A stretch of DNA of 62,943 nt, the filler included, from Reticulomyxa filosa (Eukaryota > Protista > Foraminifera): NCBI GenBank assembly GCA_000512085.1. It is 19 parts of 19 records of this genome, joined end to end, with 100 filler letters (N's around TTAATTAATTAA, not from the genome) between each part and the next. Parts side by side here need not be neighbours in the genome. Positions count along the whole stretch, not along the records: positions 12,442 to 15,243 come from ASPP01026827.1; positions 15,344 to 24,030 come from ASPP01008282.1; positions 24,131 to 26,319 come from ASPP01010752.1; 16 more parts are not named here. The stretch is one strand, 5' to 3'. The position numbers and the translations under genes were made by a program. Positions 13,164 through 24,896 of this stretch are shown here, one piece after another. The notes under the pieces are model-generated. The model saw only the letters and a list, made by a program, of their open reading frames with translations. It made no database searches and was not told the DNA's origin. How positions within the stretch are numbered: position 1 is the first letter of the stretch; the number at the start of each line of letters is the position of its first letter.

Positions 13164-15243
13164 TTAATCTTCGTCGGATGTTTCGCTCGAGTCTTCATTT
13201 GGTTTTGGCCGAATTCCAATCATAAACATTTTCCTGAGAAATCTTTTTCGATAAAATTTTGGTTCCACACAAGAAACTCCATTTTTATCTTTGCATCGAA
13301 AGTAAGTCTTGGAAAAGTTTTCAACTTTTTTCTCAGTGTTCCATGATTGCAGCATGTCAATGATACCAACAAAATAAATTCCCGGCCCTTCAATTATTCG
13401 TGCATGGACGGCATCTTGTTGAAGACCAACAGCTTCCAGACTTGTGGCAAACGTAGGTGCTCTTGGGCGTTGAAATGGTTTAATTCCCAAATCTTCAGGC
13501 ATAACTTGTTTGGTTTTCAGGCTTTTTGGGAATTGGATTGACAAGGATTCGGATATTTGATTAGCAAAAGATGGAACTTGTGTGTTGTCATTATTGTCTT
13601 GTTTTTCAGCAGCTGGACCAGGTTGGACAGCCTGGTTAGATTGAACACCTTGATTAGATTGAGCAAGTTGAACATGGTCTTCATTACTCTGGTGAGGATC
13701 AAGGATGATTTCAGCAGGGTAAACACCAACGTAATAAATCCCAAGTAGCAATGAGTAGTCCATCACATTTTGTTTCATCAAAAAGCGTGTATCATTTCGC
13801 AATCGTCGATACATATCACTGCTTTCTTGTGGATCTAATAGTAATGCCTTTTTCAAGTCTTCATCCTTCATTAATTTTCCTTTCAATTTTATGTGACGGG
13901 AAAAAGCATAGAGATTGAAACGTATACACAAATGTACATACATATATGTACATATACATATATGTATATAATATGTAATATAAAATGATAAATAGATCTA
14001 CAAACCCAATTCAACATGATGATTTGTGTGACGATCAATCCAAGACCCCTTCAAATCATACTTTTCATGCGGCTCAAAATTGGGGACGAACACATTAGCC
14101 AGGACAACGAAATAGATTTCTAGTCGATACATTTTCAAGGAATGCAACCCCAAGAATTTGTTCAAATAGCTGTCTCGATACATGTCCATATGTTCTTTGT
14201 ATTGAGGCAAGATATTCAACAAGAGCTGTGCTTCCGACTGACTGACCGTTTTGATGATGTATTTGTTGTCCATGGTGTAAAAGAACAACGCCCCACTGCG
14301 GCCCTCACTGAATTTGCTGACAATGTCAGATATGTGTTTTTCGTCTGTCCCTTGTTGGACCGAAGACAAGTAGTCGCGGTCGTTGATTCCGTAGATCTTT
14401 GTGCGCATGTATCGGAACACATGAGGACAATAATCGGTAAACGGTGCTTTCAAATCATCATATTCGTCCTTTTGTTTTTTTTCAGGAGGAGGAAGAATAT
14501 CCGGTATCCGTAACATATTGCCCGAGGCAATTTGAGCCGAGGTTTGAGTCATTGACGAATCTGGTTCCATTGGCACTTGCATATGGTGATGCTCTTGCAA
14601 GTTTGCTTTCATCACGCCTGACTTTTTCTTTACCGTTATGTTGAATCGTCGAATGCAATAACGATCTATTCAATCCAATCAACAAATAAATATAAATAAA
14701 TTAATATTTATATACATATATATATTTTTTTTTTTTAAAAAAAAGATGTAACTTCTACTCTCAGGCTTTGCTTTGATATTATCTAAATAATAAGACGTGA
14801 AAGGGTTTTCTTCCTTTGAGTCCATGAAAGCATCTTTTCTCACATTTTCTTGGACCCGGTTTTGTGATTGGTTTTGCACTGTCTCTCGGATTGGCTTGGA
14901 CACAACTTCGGGGAGTATAGGGGTGAACACAGGCTTCGAACTGACCAGCTGATCCTCTTGAATTGACATGCTTTTGGATAGATCCAGGTTGTCGTTACTC
15001 GTAGTGGATACACGTTCGGCGTTGGCATTGCTGTTGCTATTGTTTCTATTGTTGATATTGCCGTCGTGGTTGCCACTGTCGTCAAATTTGAATAAAAGCT
15101 CGGCTGCTGGTGTCCCCGTAGCTTTGTCCGCATTGGCTTCATCCACTTGCACACTCCCTACTTTCATTGCCCTGAAAGCATCTGAGGATTGGCGCAAATT
15201 CATTACCGCCGACACCGTCGTGTTGCGAGCGTTCTTCTCATCG
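13164..15243 (-). CDS. Phosphatidylinositol phosphate kinase (PIP5K family), 5'-truncated, at least 3 exons
   Basis: FTDYCPHVFR, SEGRSGALFF, IIKT, YDLKGS, KDEDL, MDYSLLLGI, GIIDMLQ, SCVEPKFYRKRF. Two phase-1 GT-AG introns at about 14750-14666 and 14005-13882. Confidence 0.95.
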
Positions 15244-15810
15244 NNNNNNNNNNNNNNNNNNNNNNNNNNNNNNNNNNNNNNNNNNNNTTAATTAATTAAN
15301 NNNNNNNNNNNNNNNNNNNNNNNNNNNNNNNNNNNNNNNNNNNTTTTTTTTCTTTTTTTTTTTGTGTGTCTGCTGCGTGACAACCATTTTTTTATTTGTC
15401 AATAGTTAACTGTGATCGCACATTTTAATTGAAGATAGTATGAAATTAAGTTTGGTTTTGATGTGTTCTTTTTGGAATTTTTTTTGTGGTGAAAGTTGCT
15501 CTAGCTTTTACTAAAGACTAGTCTAAACGAGTGATTTGCTGTGTTAAAGCGGTTTGCTACTAACTTGTCAAAACTATTTTATGGCATTTATGCAAGTGCG
15601 ATATTTATATTTAAGTTTAGAACATTGAATTTAGAGACTGCGTTTGCGTTTTTATTGATAATATTGTAGTCTTAAGCCTGACATTGAAGATATTTGCAAG
15701 CACTTCGATTTTAGAAGATAATAACAAAGTTGTAATAATAAATAAAGCCAGTATTTAACAAAAAGTTGGATTACTAATAATGTGCATAAAAAAAGATAGT
15801 TGATGAAAAA

Positions 15811-18036
15811 TCACCACAACTCTTGCACATATTTTCCGGATTTCAGCCATGTGTTGATATCCACTTGTAAATAATGCGAGTCAATTATGGATTGAAACGC
15901 AGAACGTACTGATTTACCCATGCTTGGTTGGCCACATACAAACACTTGTGCATTCTTGTGAATAAGTAGATCAAATAAAGCTTCTGTATTTTGTGCGATC
16001 AAATTTTGAACGTATACTCGATTGTCTTGATAACGACTGAAAGCAACCTTCAATTCTTTAAGACACCCCCCATTGGAATGCAACGAAGAGGTTAAAAAGT
16101 CTTTATAGATGTAATCACTGTCAGGATGTCGACAACCGAAGAACAGCCACCAATGTCCAAAAGTACCTTGCTCAATGCTGTATAGCCCACTTTTTACCAA
16201 ATGATTTCCTTCTTGCAAAAAACCACGAAAAGGCGCAAGACCTGCTCCAGTTGCAACCATAATGACCGGAACACAGGGTGCAGGCAATCGAAAAGATGAG
16301 GGCTGCACAAACACTTGCATTATATTTGTGCGTTTGCTTTGTCTCAAATAATTGCTTGTCACGCCAACAAATTCGAGATCTCCTTTCTCAAGTTTAAACA
16401 TTTCCATTTTTGCAGTTATTGCAACTCGATCTGGATCGACCTTATTGCTACTTGATATGGTATAAAAACGCGGTTGTAATGGATGCAGCAAGTCAATCAC
16501 GAGAGCGACGTCGATATCGACGCTCGGATATGCTTCCAACAAAGTTACAAAATTCCAATATTTTTCTTTGTTGTTTTGAATCCCACTGTTTGCCATTTGT
16601 TGCAATTGCAACTTTTCGTCGGGATCGAGTGCCAATTGTGAAAGTGCTTGCAAAGCTTGGGTCTTGGGTGGTGCGCTAATATCCAGGAACCATAAAAACA
16701 AATTACGAATGGACACAATAGTGGGGATGCACATTTTCAAAGGTTCTTGCGTTTTACTCTGGATACGTATAACTTGACTGGGGTCCACACCTAATCGCTT
16801 GCACAATTGTGCAACTGCTTTGTGGTCATTACGAGTCACTATACCTAAGTTGTCTGCCGTTGTGTAACAAAGAGGTAATCCATTATTGCATTTCACCTGT
16901 CTTATATCAAACTCAACATGTAACGTGGACCCATCCAATGTTGATGGTCGAGTCTCGTAAATTTCGGTAATGACCGCTTTTGCAACATGATCCATCCAGT
17001 GATAGCGACGTGAGACACAAAAAATATCCGGAGCTATACGTATATCCAATGTTTCTTTTGCATGATCGGTATACGTATTGTTTTGCTGTAAAATGATTTC
17101 TTTCAACTCAATTTCACTCAAAGGATTTTTGATCTCCAATGCAATTTTTCCAAATAACAAATCTGTAGTTGTTGCTGTGGCCGTTTCATAGCTTGTTTTT
17201 TTTGTTTTTTGCTGACGATTGAGGGGCTTTTTTGCTTTTGTTTGCTTGGAGCCCTTGGCTGTAGAGCTGACCATATTCACATTGGTAATTTGCAAAGTGG
17301 ACGTCAACGTACATGACTGTTGCGTTTTTGACCATTCATCTATTGAAACACCCAAATATTTCATGGTCAAAATGGGCCAAAGGATAGCTTTCCATGCATT
17401 GAATGAGTCTTCAATTGGTTCTTTATCCTCATCCGCAGTGCCAAGGCTGACCAATCGTCGACCTCCCAAATTATGCAGCTTTTGATCAAATTGTTTGCCC
17501 ATTTCATTAAAAAATTCGTATTGTGAATTTCCCAAACCAAATACTGCAAAGTCTATTTCACTCAATTCTTTCTTTTTTTTTTCTTCATGACTTTCATCAC
17601 TGAGCCATTGATAAAAACGTTTCGAATTATCTGTCGGCTCACCTTCACCATAAGTAGATACCACAAAAATTGCCAGGTGCTCATTACGCAACAATGTGGG
17701 ATCATACTCCTCCAAATCTACTACCTCCATTTCAAATCCATATTTTTTTGCCTCCTTGCCCATGTCACGTGCAATACTCTCTGCATTGCCACTTTGACTT
17801 CCAAAAAATATTTTCATTATCAATTTGTTATTTTCCTCTGGGTTTTTCTTCTCTTCTTCCGTGCTCTTTCCATTGTCCTCTTTATCTTCATTTGACTTGC
17901 TGCTCTCCGCCGATTTATTCACAGTGACATACATATATTTGTGGAAAAGATATGTTGATACTAATATCAGTATCACGGCCAACGCTAATGCAAACATTAT
18001 CGCACTTGTGTTAAAACTTGCCCCTCTTGTTAACAT
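15811..18036 (-). CDS. POR: NADPH-cytochrome P450 reductase-like diflavin reductase, intronless
   Basis: N-terminal TM anchor. FMN motifs GSQSGNAE, STYGEGEPTDN, FGLGNSQYEFFN. FAD motifs RFYTISSS, GVTSNYL. NADPH motifs MVATGAGLAPFRGF, FFGCRH, YVQ. Terminal Trp. Confidence 0.93.
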   Translation of the reverse strand: MLTRGASFNTSAIMFALALAVILILVSTYLFHKYMYVTVNKSAESSKSNEDKEDNGKSTEEEKKNPEENNKLIMKIFFGSQSGNAESIARDMGKEAKKYGFEMEVVDLEEYDPTLLRNEHLAIFVVSTYGEGEPTDNSKRFYQWLSDESHEEKKKKELSEIDFAVFGLGNSQYEFFNEMGKQFDQKLHNLGGRRLVSLGTADEDKEPIEDSFNAWKAILWPILTMKYLGVSIDEWSKTQQSCTLTSTLQITNVNMVSSTAKGSKQTKAKKPLNRQQKTKKTSYETATATTTDLLFGKIALEIKNPLSEIELKEIILQQNNTYTDHAKETLDIRIAPDIFCVSRRYHWMDHVAKAVITEIYETRPSTLDGSTLHVEFDIRQVKCNNGLPLCYTTADNLGIVTRNDHKAVAQLCKRLGVDPSQVIRIQSKTQEPLKMCIPTIVSIRNLFLWFLDISAPPKTQALQALSQLALDPDEKLQLQQMANSGIQNNKEKYWNFVTLLEAYPSVDIDVALVIDLLHPLQPRFYTISSSNKVDPDRVAITAKMEMFKLEKGDLEFVGVTSNYLRQSKRTNIMQVFVQPSSFRLPAPCVPVIMVATGAGLAPFRGFLQEGNHLVKSGLYSIEQGTFGHWWLFFGCRHPDSDYIYKDFLTSSLHSNGGCLKELKVAFSRYQDNRVYVQNLIAQNTEALFDLLIHKNAQVFVCGQPSMGKSVRSAFQSIIDSHYLQVDINTWLKSGKYVQELW

Positions 18037-18342
18037 AGAACGAGTTCCAAAAGCTTTATTACAAAAATTAATTAATGAAAACTTTATAATATATTAGATT
18101 TTTTGGAATATTTAAACTTAAAAACTCTAATTGTAGATTGTTTTAATTGAACAGACGATAAAATTCTTTCATTTGATTTTTTTAAAAAAAAATTGTGTTT
18201 GAAACAATTACAAGAAGGTCATGCGATGTCCTGTATATGTCCATATCCATCATTTTTATGCATGTGATATTTAAAATATTACAGCTTAAAAACAGCAAGA
18301 ACAGAAAGTGAACAACGTTAGCTTTGTGGAGAAAATTCAGCA

Positions 18343-20354
18343 ATGAAATCAAAAAAAGATATCGTTGAGGATGAACAAGAGCTCAGAAAGGAGTTGTATG
18401 CGAAACGCTTTGAGCGTGAGAATGCATTTGTAAATGCCCAAAGGAAGATGTTGACCACATTGACGGGTGTAGAGCAAATGGAAAAGCTTGCGTTGAAGTT
18501 GCAAAAGCGAATCGAGCAAAACAAAGCGGAAGTAGTAGAACCAAAGAAGGAGAGCGTGAAGGATACAACACAATTATCGCACAAAGGACAACTAAGCCTA
18601 GATCAATGGATGTCAGCATTGGAAAGTGGTGACTATGGTTTTTAGACCGAGAGCTGAAGAGTTGCGATAAATCGTTGATGGATATTCCATTTTTGCACAC
18701 ATTATTGGACGCATCTTTGTTGGTGGACAACATGTGTGGGGTAGTGCACTCGTGTGCAATATGGAGTGGCGAGACCGATAAAGTCGAGTACGCACATTTC
18801 CGGCAAATTCTGGTGCACAAAATAATTCAATGTTTGCGCAACAATGTGTTTCGAGTGACAGACACGGAAGGGCATCACGACGTTAGCAAGTACTGTGAAG
18901 ACGTGTTGCCACGAGTATTGTACCTAGTTGCAGTGGTGATGAGCGAGCCACGGTTCCGCGCATTATCGAAAGAAAGAGAAGAAGAGAAAAAAGGGGATGG
19001 GATTGTGGATAGTGTGAAAGGTGCATTGTTGGCAATCGACAGCAAAGACCCACATTTGCACTTTGTATGTTACAATCAATTGTATACACTTTTGGCAAAA
19101 GACGAAAACTGCAAAGGGTTTTGGGAAGAGTTTTTTTTGAAGCCTTTGTTGGACTGCACACATACGTTGTCCAACTCGCTGGGCGCTTGCTTGAAAAAAT
19201 TGGTCGAGTCATTGAGTGGACAACTGAATGACACCACCAATTCCAAGCGCGATTGGCTCGCCTTGATGGACGACTTGAAAGAGTGTTTACACTTTGTCCA
19301 ACATATGGCCGAGTGCCAAACGCTTTTGCAATGCCGTGTGCTGGCAGGTCAGATTGAACAAACTGTTGTGCCCACGTTGATGAAGAGTGTGAAGGAATCG
19401 ATGGAATGGTTCTTGGCGAACACTCCCGGAACAAAAGGGGTGGAAAAATCATTGGATGTTAGCATTTGTTGTGAGACGTTACAGGGATTAGTGCTGAATA
19501 AGGATATAAAAAAAAAATTGAACGATTTGAAAATGATAGGATTGAAAAAATGGTGTGATGAAATGAGTCAACAAATACTTGGCAAATTGGGTGTGGAAAT
19601 TGAAATGCTGCTATCCTCCAAATCACTTTTCAAACATTGGGAACATGATGTACCCAAATATGTGTCTCCATATATTGATAAAGTGTGCTTGCAATTTGTA
19701 CAAACCATTTTGTGGGTTGCCACTGTTCCACAATTACCGGATTGGAAAGATACTTTGTTTGCATTGGAAATGGAATTTCGCAATGCTTGCTCTACTGAAA
19801 TCAATCGCCAAATTCGATCTTTATTGAGTCAATCCAGTTTGTCCCTTTCCGAATCCTTTGTTATTCAATTGTGGTTTGACTTGTCTTTTGCAAAGCAAAT
19901 CATTGCTGCCAATACTATTGACTGGGATTACACTTTGAAACTTATCTCTAATCACATGGACTTAGTCATTTTCAAATCACTTGAAGCACAACTTGAAACT
20001 GAGGTTCGTCATGTTGTCAGGCGGTGCAGTTTGCTCTATGGCACCAGCCATATTTTCTCGGGCTTGTTGTTTGAAAACACTTCGAACACTGATAACAAAC
20101 CTTCGTCTTTGTGGCGACCGAAAACAATGCCGCGCGTTCAGACGCTGCCAATCGCTACTTATGATGTCACTGTTGTAAAAAGAGAACACTCCAATGAATT
20201 GAGATCACTTGGAGAACTTGAAAATGACAGCAGAAGAAATTTAGTACGCTTGTCTAATATTAACTCACCTGCACCCACTCATTTTATTTCGGATGCATTA
20301 ACACGTGCAAACTCTTTGTTTCAAAATTTGAATTTAGGGACAATGTTCAAATAA
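18343..20354 (+). CDS. COG1: Conserved oligomeric Golgi complex subunit 1-like (one frame break at ~18640)
   Basis: Vps51-type N-terminal coiled coil. C-terminal IQLWFDL...MDLVIF...VRRCSLLYG...PRVQTLP parallels COG1 QLLFDL...IDPFD...QRTSVLFG...PRF.LLP. ORFs 18343 and 18675 are joined by a -1 shift. Confidence 0.7.
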
Positions 20355-20920
20355 AATTGTGCATCATTTTTATCAGTTTCACGATCCAATTTTTATAACG
20401 TATTCGTGTACTGAAAATATTCTATTCATATATTATAATGTTTACATGCTCTTTCTTTTACACTCCTTTGGAATTCGCGTTTGAGTTTCGATTCTTTGTT
20501 CTGATGGAGAAGTATTATCTATATTTAAGTTGTTGTCAGGAGATTCTGCCCGTACTTGGGACACGTAAACTTCTAATAGTTTCTAATACCCCTAAAACTA
20601 ACTTTGTCTACTCATCAAAAGATGTTTCCTTCTTTGGTTTGCTCGAGTATCTTTTTAATTGCAAAAAAAATTCGGCTCAACTTCAATTTTTTTGACATGA
20701 AAAAAAGAATATACCAAATAAATAACAAAATCACCACAAAAAAAGAGGAATGTTTATTCGTTCCTACTTAAGAAAAAAACTCTCGTGAAACATCTCTGCC
20801 CCTCTACCTTCCAAAATGGCTCAAAAAGTACAACATATTTTGTTTGGCATGAACAAATGCAAGTCTACAGAAAAAGGAAGAAGAAAGGGGGAGAAAAAAG
20901 CAAAGGAAAAAAAAAGCAAA

Positions 20921-22693
20921 TTATAAAAATAGAACACTATGAAGATGAAATCCAGGCAAAGGTCTCAAATTTTCACATTTGACGCCCAAATTGGGACGTC
21001 GATCGTCATTTACCAATTTGGTTTTCCATCGCTGTTTGGAGTTAACAAATTCTTTCAAGTAAACCAAACGTCCATTAAGTTGAGGAACGACAACCAAACC
21101 AGCTAGACGGGCTAAAGGCCTTTGCAATGCCTTTGAAGGCACTTTACCAAACGCAGTGACATTGGTGAGAATGTCTGTGTCTTGAAAGTCGTTTCCCTGA
21201 ACAATGGCAAATTGGACGCCAAGTAGCAAATGTTCGGCGACCAGAGTGAGCCGACACCCGAGTGCACTCTCCGTCGACACATTTTTCGTGCTGACAAAAG
21301 TCAATGGAAAGCGCGTTATATTGGCTTGATATGCGGGCAAGTGGCGCTTTTGAGATGTGCCAATCGAAAGAGTGTCCAATGTCAATATTTCGGATGACAG
21401 TATTAGAGACTCTTTTTCTTCTTCTTCTTCTTCTTCTTTCGTTGAGTTTTCATCATTATTCTCATTTGTAGCATTTACACCAGTATTCACGCTTTCATTT
21501 GTATTTACACCTATATTGCCGTTACTATTGTCATTTGCATTTTTATCATCATCACCATCATCATTATTATCATTATCATTATTATTATCATCATTATTAT
21601 CGTTATCATTATCATTATCATTATTATCATTATTATTATCATTATTATCATTATTATTATCATCATTATCATTATTATCATTATTATTATCATTATTATT
21701 ATCATTATTATTATCATCATTATTATCATCATTATTATCATCATTATTATCATCATTATTATCATCATTATTATAATCATTATTATCATCATTATTATTA
21801 TCATTGTCATTATTATCATTATCATTATCATTGTCCTCCTCTTCCTCTTTACTCTTCTTTTTGTCTTTTTTTTTGGGATGATAGTAATCTAAAATACATT
21901 TGGAAACTTTGTCCAACTGTCGAAACGTCGTAGGCTCAAAGAAGGCTAAATGTTTTGCAAAGACTGTCTCAGCAGACAAAGTTAAAGACATTTTGGTGCC
22001 CATAACTGTTTTGTCATTGCAACCATTGTTCTTGTTCTTGTTATTATTATCGTTATCATTGTCATCGTTGCTATTGTTATCAATAGGCTTTTTTTTGCAG
22101 ACGATGCGATGGACAAAGAAAGTAATCGGATGTTTGGGCCATTGCACTTTGTAAGTCTTCAATATTCCATTCATTGTCAATGTGTGGTCCAAGCCATAGA
22201 TTTGCATTAGTGCGGATACCACGTAGATTACGTCGACGTTGATTGCAAATGCATGTTTACACCAATGGCTACAAATCAACGACAACAAATCGATCCACTT
22301 CAATGGCATCTTTACTTCCGTTTCTTTTTTTTTGTTGCTTGATTTTTCATTTCCTGTTTCGCTCGCCGTTTCGCCCTTCGTTTCCGCTTCGCTTACTTCT
22401 TCTGTTCCTGTTCCTGTTCCTGTTTTCTTCTTCTCCTTCTCTTTCTCCTTTGGACGAGACTGGTCGTCGATCTCGTTCAAAAATTTATCCATGTCAAAGT
22501 CTGGCGCCTTCAGCTTCGGTGTTGTTACCTTTGTCTCTGAAGAACGTCTTGACTGTGTCGACTCTTTCAATTCATCTCGTAATTGCAATGTTATTGAAAT
22601 CACATCTTCTAATTTCATTTCGCGCAGTTCTTGCTCTGTTAACTGATCCCATTCTTGTGAGTTACGCTTGTTTGAATTATTTTCGTCTTGCAT
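20921..22693 (-). CDS. Hypothetical protein with Asn/Asp tract and C-terminal SH3-like motif
   Basis: 590-codon ORF from ATG 22693. C-terminal ARLAGLVVVPQLNGRLV...RWKTKL...LGVKCENL motif. Confidence 0.75.
   Translation of the reverse strand: MQDENNSNKRNSQEWDQLTEQELREMKLEDVISITLQLRDELKESTQSRRSSETKVTTPKLKAPDFDMDKFLNEIDDQSRPKEKEKEKKKTGTGTGTEEVSEAETKGETASETGNEKSSNKKKETEVKMPLKWIDLLSLICSHWCKHAFAINVDVIYVVSALMQIYGLDHTLTMNGILKTYKVQWPKHPITFFVHRIVCKKKPIDNNSNDDNDNDNNNKNKNNGCNDKTVMGTKMSLTLSAETVFAKHLAFFEPTTFRQLDKVSKCILDYYHPKKKDKKKSKEEEEDNDNDNDNNDNDNNNDDNNDYNNDDNNDDNNDDNNDDNNDDNNNDNNNDNNNDNNDNDDNNNDNNDNNNDNNDNDNDNDNNDDNNNDNDNNDDGDDDKNANDNSNGNIGVNTNESVNTGVNATNENNDENSTKEEEEEEEKESLILSSEILTLDTLSIGTSQKRHLPAYQANITRFPLTFVSTKNVSTESALGCRLTLVAEHLLLGVQFAIVQGNDFQDTDILTNVTAFGKVPSKALQRPLARLAGLVVVPQLNGRLVYLKEFVNSKQRWKTKLVNDDRRPNLGVKCENLRPLPGFHLHSVLFL
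21540..21832 (-). repeat. Coding (AAT/GAT)n trinucleotide tract, poly-Asn/Asp
   Basis: Direct observation; contains a 15-nt NDDNN sub-periodicity. Confidence 0.95.
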
Positions 22694-23136
22694 ATCACAC
22701 TCCAAAAAAAAACCACCTTTTTTCAAGTTTTTCTGTTTTTTTAAAAACCTTCGAAACGCGTTCCAAAACGAGAATTCGCTCAGATTGGCACGCTCAATGA
22801 AAAGCCGACAAAAGATTGAGTGATTATAGAATTTTGATCAAATTGATTCGCCTTCTTTTAAAAAATTATTCGAAGTTTCATTGGGCAATGGCTACAAGTG
22901 ATTTATATTATGAAAAGATACATTTAAAAAAAACGGAGTCATTTTGGGGTTGAATACGACAATAAGGAAAGAAGTATTGCACTACAATAAAATAATAAAA
23001 TGTTAATTGAAAATATGGTTGTGAGTTCCTGGAGATAGCGGTGGTATCAGAAAAAACCAAAAACATGATAACCGAAAATGAAACGTAACCAATTTAGCTA
23101 TTATTGTATTTTTTTTTTAATATAAAAAAAAATTGT

Positions 23137-24030
23137 CTATTCGGAAAAGTGAGAAGAAACAGCGATTTGAGATCTAAAGTGTTGACAAATCTCTCTGAGT
23201 TGTCTAATTTGAATAATGTTTCCTGTTTGAAACATAATTTCCTGTTCGGTGTTATGACCATCGATATAAGGCATTAGATTTTGAAACAAGCTATCAAAAT
23301 TGCTGGACGCAGCAGAAGTGGACGAGTTTTTGAAATTATTTTTGGAAGCACTGCTTTCCTTGGAATCGTCGAGCTTTTTCAAGACCAAAGAGTTTGTTTG
23401 GCCAAACTCACTGCATGGCAAAAGGCTAATGTAATTGTGAATTTCGACAATAAACTCTCGTTGCAGCAGCCAGATGACAACGCACATCAGTTCTTCTTTC
23501 TTGGAAGGGCTTTCATGTTTCAAGTGAAAACTGAAGGGATGAGCAAAATTGAACTTGTCCAACTCATGCCACAAGGAATGACGTGTTGGAAAACATTTGG
23601 CGAAATCGTTCACTTTTGATTGTCGAACAAGCACAGATAAATAAGCAAGCGAATAAATAACAAAAGAAAAGTTACGATTTACACACACATACACATATAT
23701 CCCTCTATTCGCAATAGACATACCTTGGGTCTCTAATTTGTGAATATTAAAATTGAAATGCGGATTGATAACAAACATGGAATAAGGCGTAATGACGTTG
23801 ATAATTTTGGCCTTTCCCCAGTACGTCAAATGAGCAGCCAGTCGAAAGAGTGTGGGCAAAGGTATATTTGTCAGCGAGGCGGTATCTCCAAAAGACAAAA
23901 GGACATTACTTTTCAAAATCATCACTCGCAGCGAATGAGACCCCGCCAAAGGAATGGTTTGCAACAAATCATAGGCGTCCTTTTTGATACCATGCAATGT
24001 GGAAGAGGGTGATGACGATGACGACGACGA
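23137..24030 (-). CDS. NPRL3: GATOR1 subunit NPRL3/Npr3, C-terminal part
   Basis: LFRLAAHLTYWGKAKII, VVIWLLQREFIVEIHNYI and LMPYIDGHNTEQEIMF match NPRL3 motifs. Probable intron at 23723-23613. Confidence 0.88.
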   Translation of the reverse strand, partial: SSSSSSSPSSTLHGIKKDAYDLLQTIPLAGSHSLRVMILKSNVLLSFGDTASLTNIPLPTLFRLAAHLTYWGKAKIINVITPYSMFVINPHFNFNIHKLETQGMSIANRGIYVYVCVNRNFSFVIYSLAYLSVLVRQSKVNDFAKCFPTRHSLWHELDKFNFAHPFSFHLKHESPSKKEELMCVVIWLLQREFIVEIHNYISLLPCSEFGQTNSLVLKKLDDSKESSASKNNFKNSSTSAASSNFDSLFQNLMPYIDGHNTEQEIMFQTGNIIQIRQLREICQHFRSQIAVSSHFSE

Positions 24031-24223
24031 NNNNNNNNNNNNNNNNNNNNNNNNNNNNNNNNNNNNNNNNNNNNTTAATTAATTAANNNNNNNNNNNNNN
24101 NNNNNNNNNNNNNNNNNNNNNNNNNNNNNNAACGTTGTAACCATACACAACATAACACAACCCTACCCCCCCCCCCCCCCCTCCAAAAAAAAAAAATAAT
24201 AAGGTTTCACGGAGGGTTGCTAG

Positions 24224-24860
24224 ACGCAGCGTGTATGCGTTATCCGATAACCAATCCTCTGTTTGCACTTCCGCCTATGATAAATGTAGACACAACAGCC
24301 ATAGATTGTTCGCGACTTGTCACAAAGACATACCCTTTTATGAATCAAGACCAAGGCCAAAATCAGGGACAAGGACATGGTCATGGCCACGCCCATACCC
24401 ACCATGGACATAACCAAAATCAAGGACTCATCTTGCAACCACCACTTCTATCATCGCAACAGTTGGTCTCATTGCCGCAGTTGCCTGCGGTTGAAAATGA
24501 TTCGAGCCAAGTAACCTATAAGAAGAGGAAGAGGAAGAGGAAGAGGGTGTAACAATGCAAAAATGATATCAAACATAACAATTGTGCAAATGTGTGTAAA
24601 CAGACGAAAAAAAGAAAAAGAAAAAGAAAAGGAAAGGCAGTCAACGCGAGATGCAGAATGACAACGAAGCAGAAGATGAGAAGAGTATGGATGAGATAAC
24701 GAAGCATGGCAACAATGAGAACCATGCAAACCACGAGAGCAATGGTATCAATGAGAATGGCGACAACTACGACGATGATGATGATAATAATAACGGCAAT
24801 GACAATGACAATGACAATGGTAATGACAACAATGATGATGACAATGACAATGACAACGAC

Positions 24861-24896
<36 letters not shown>

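Noticed and set aside
21357-21933. His/Tyr-, Leu/Ser- and Ile/Met-rich ORFs (also 24516-25135 and 53556-54160)
   Set aside because: These are shadow frames of trinucleotide tracts in real genes.
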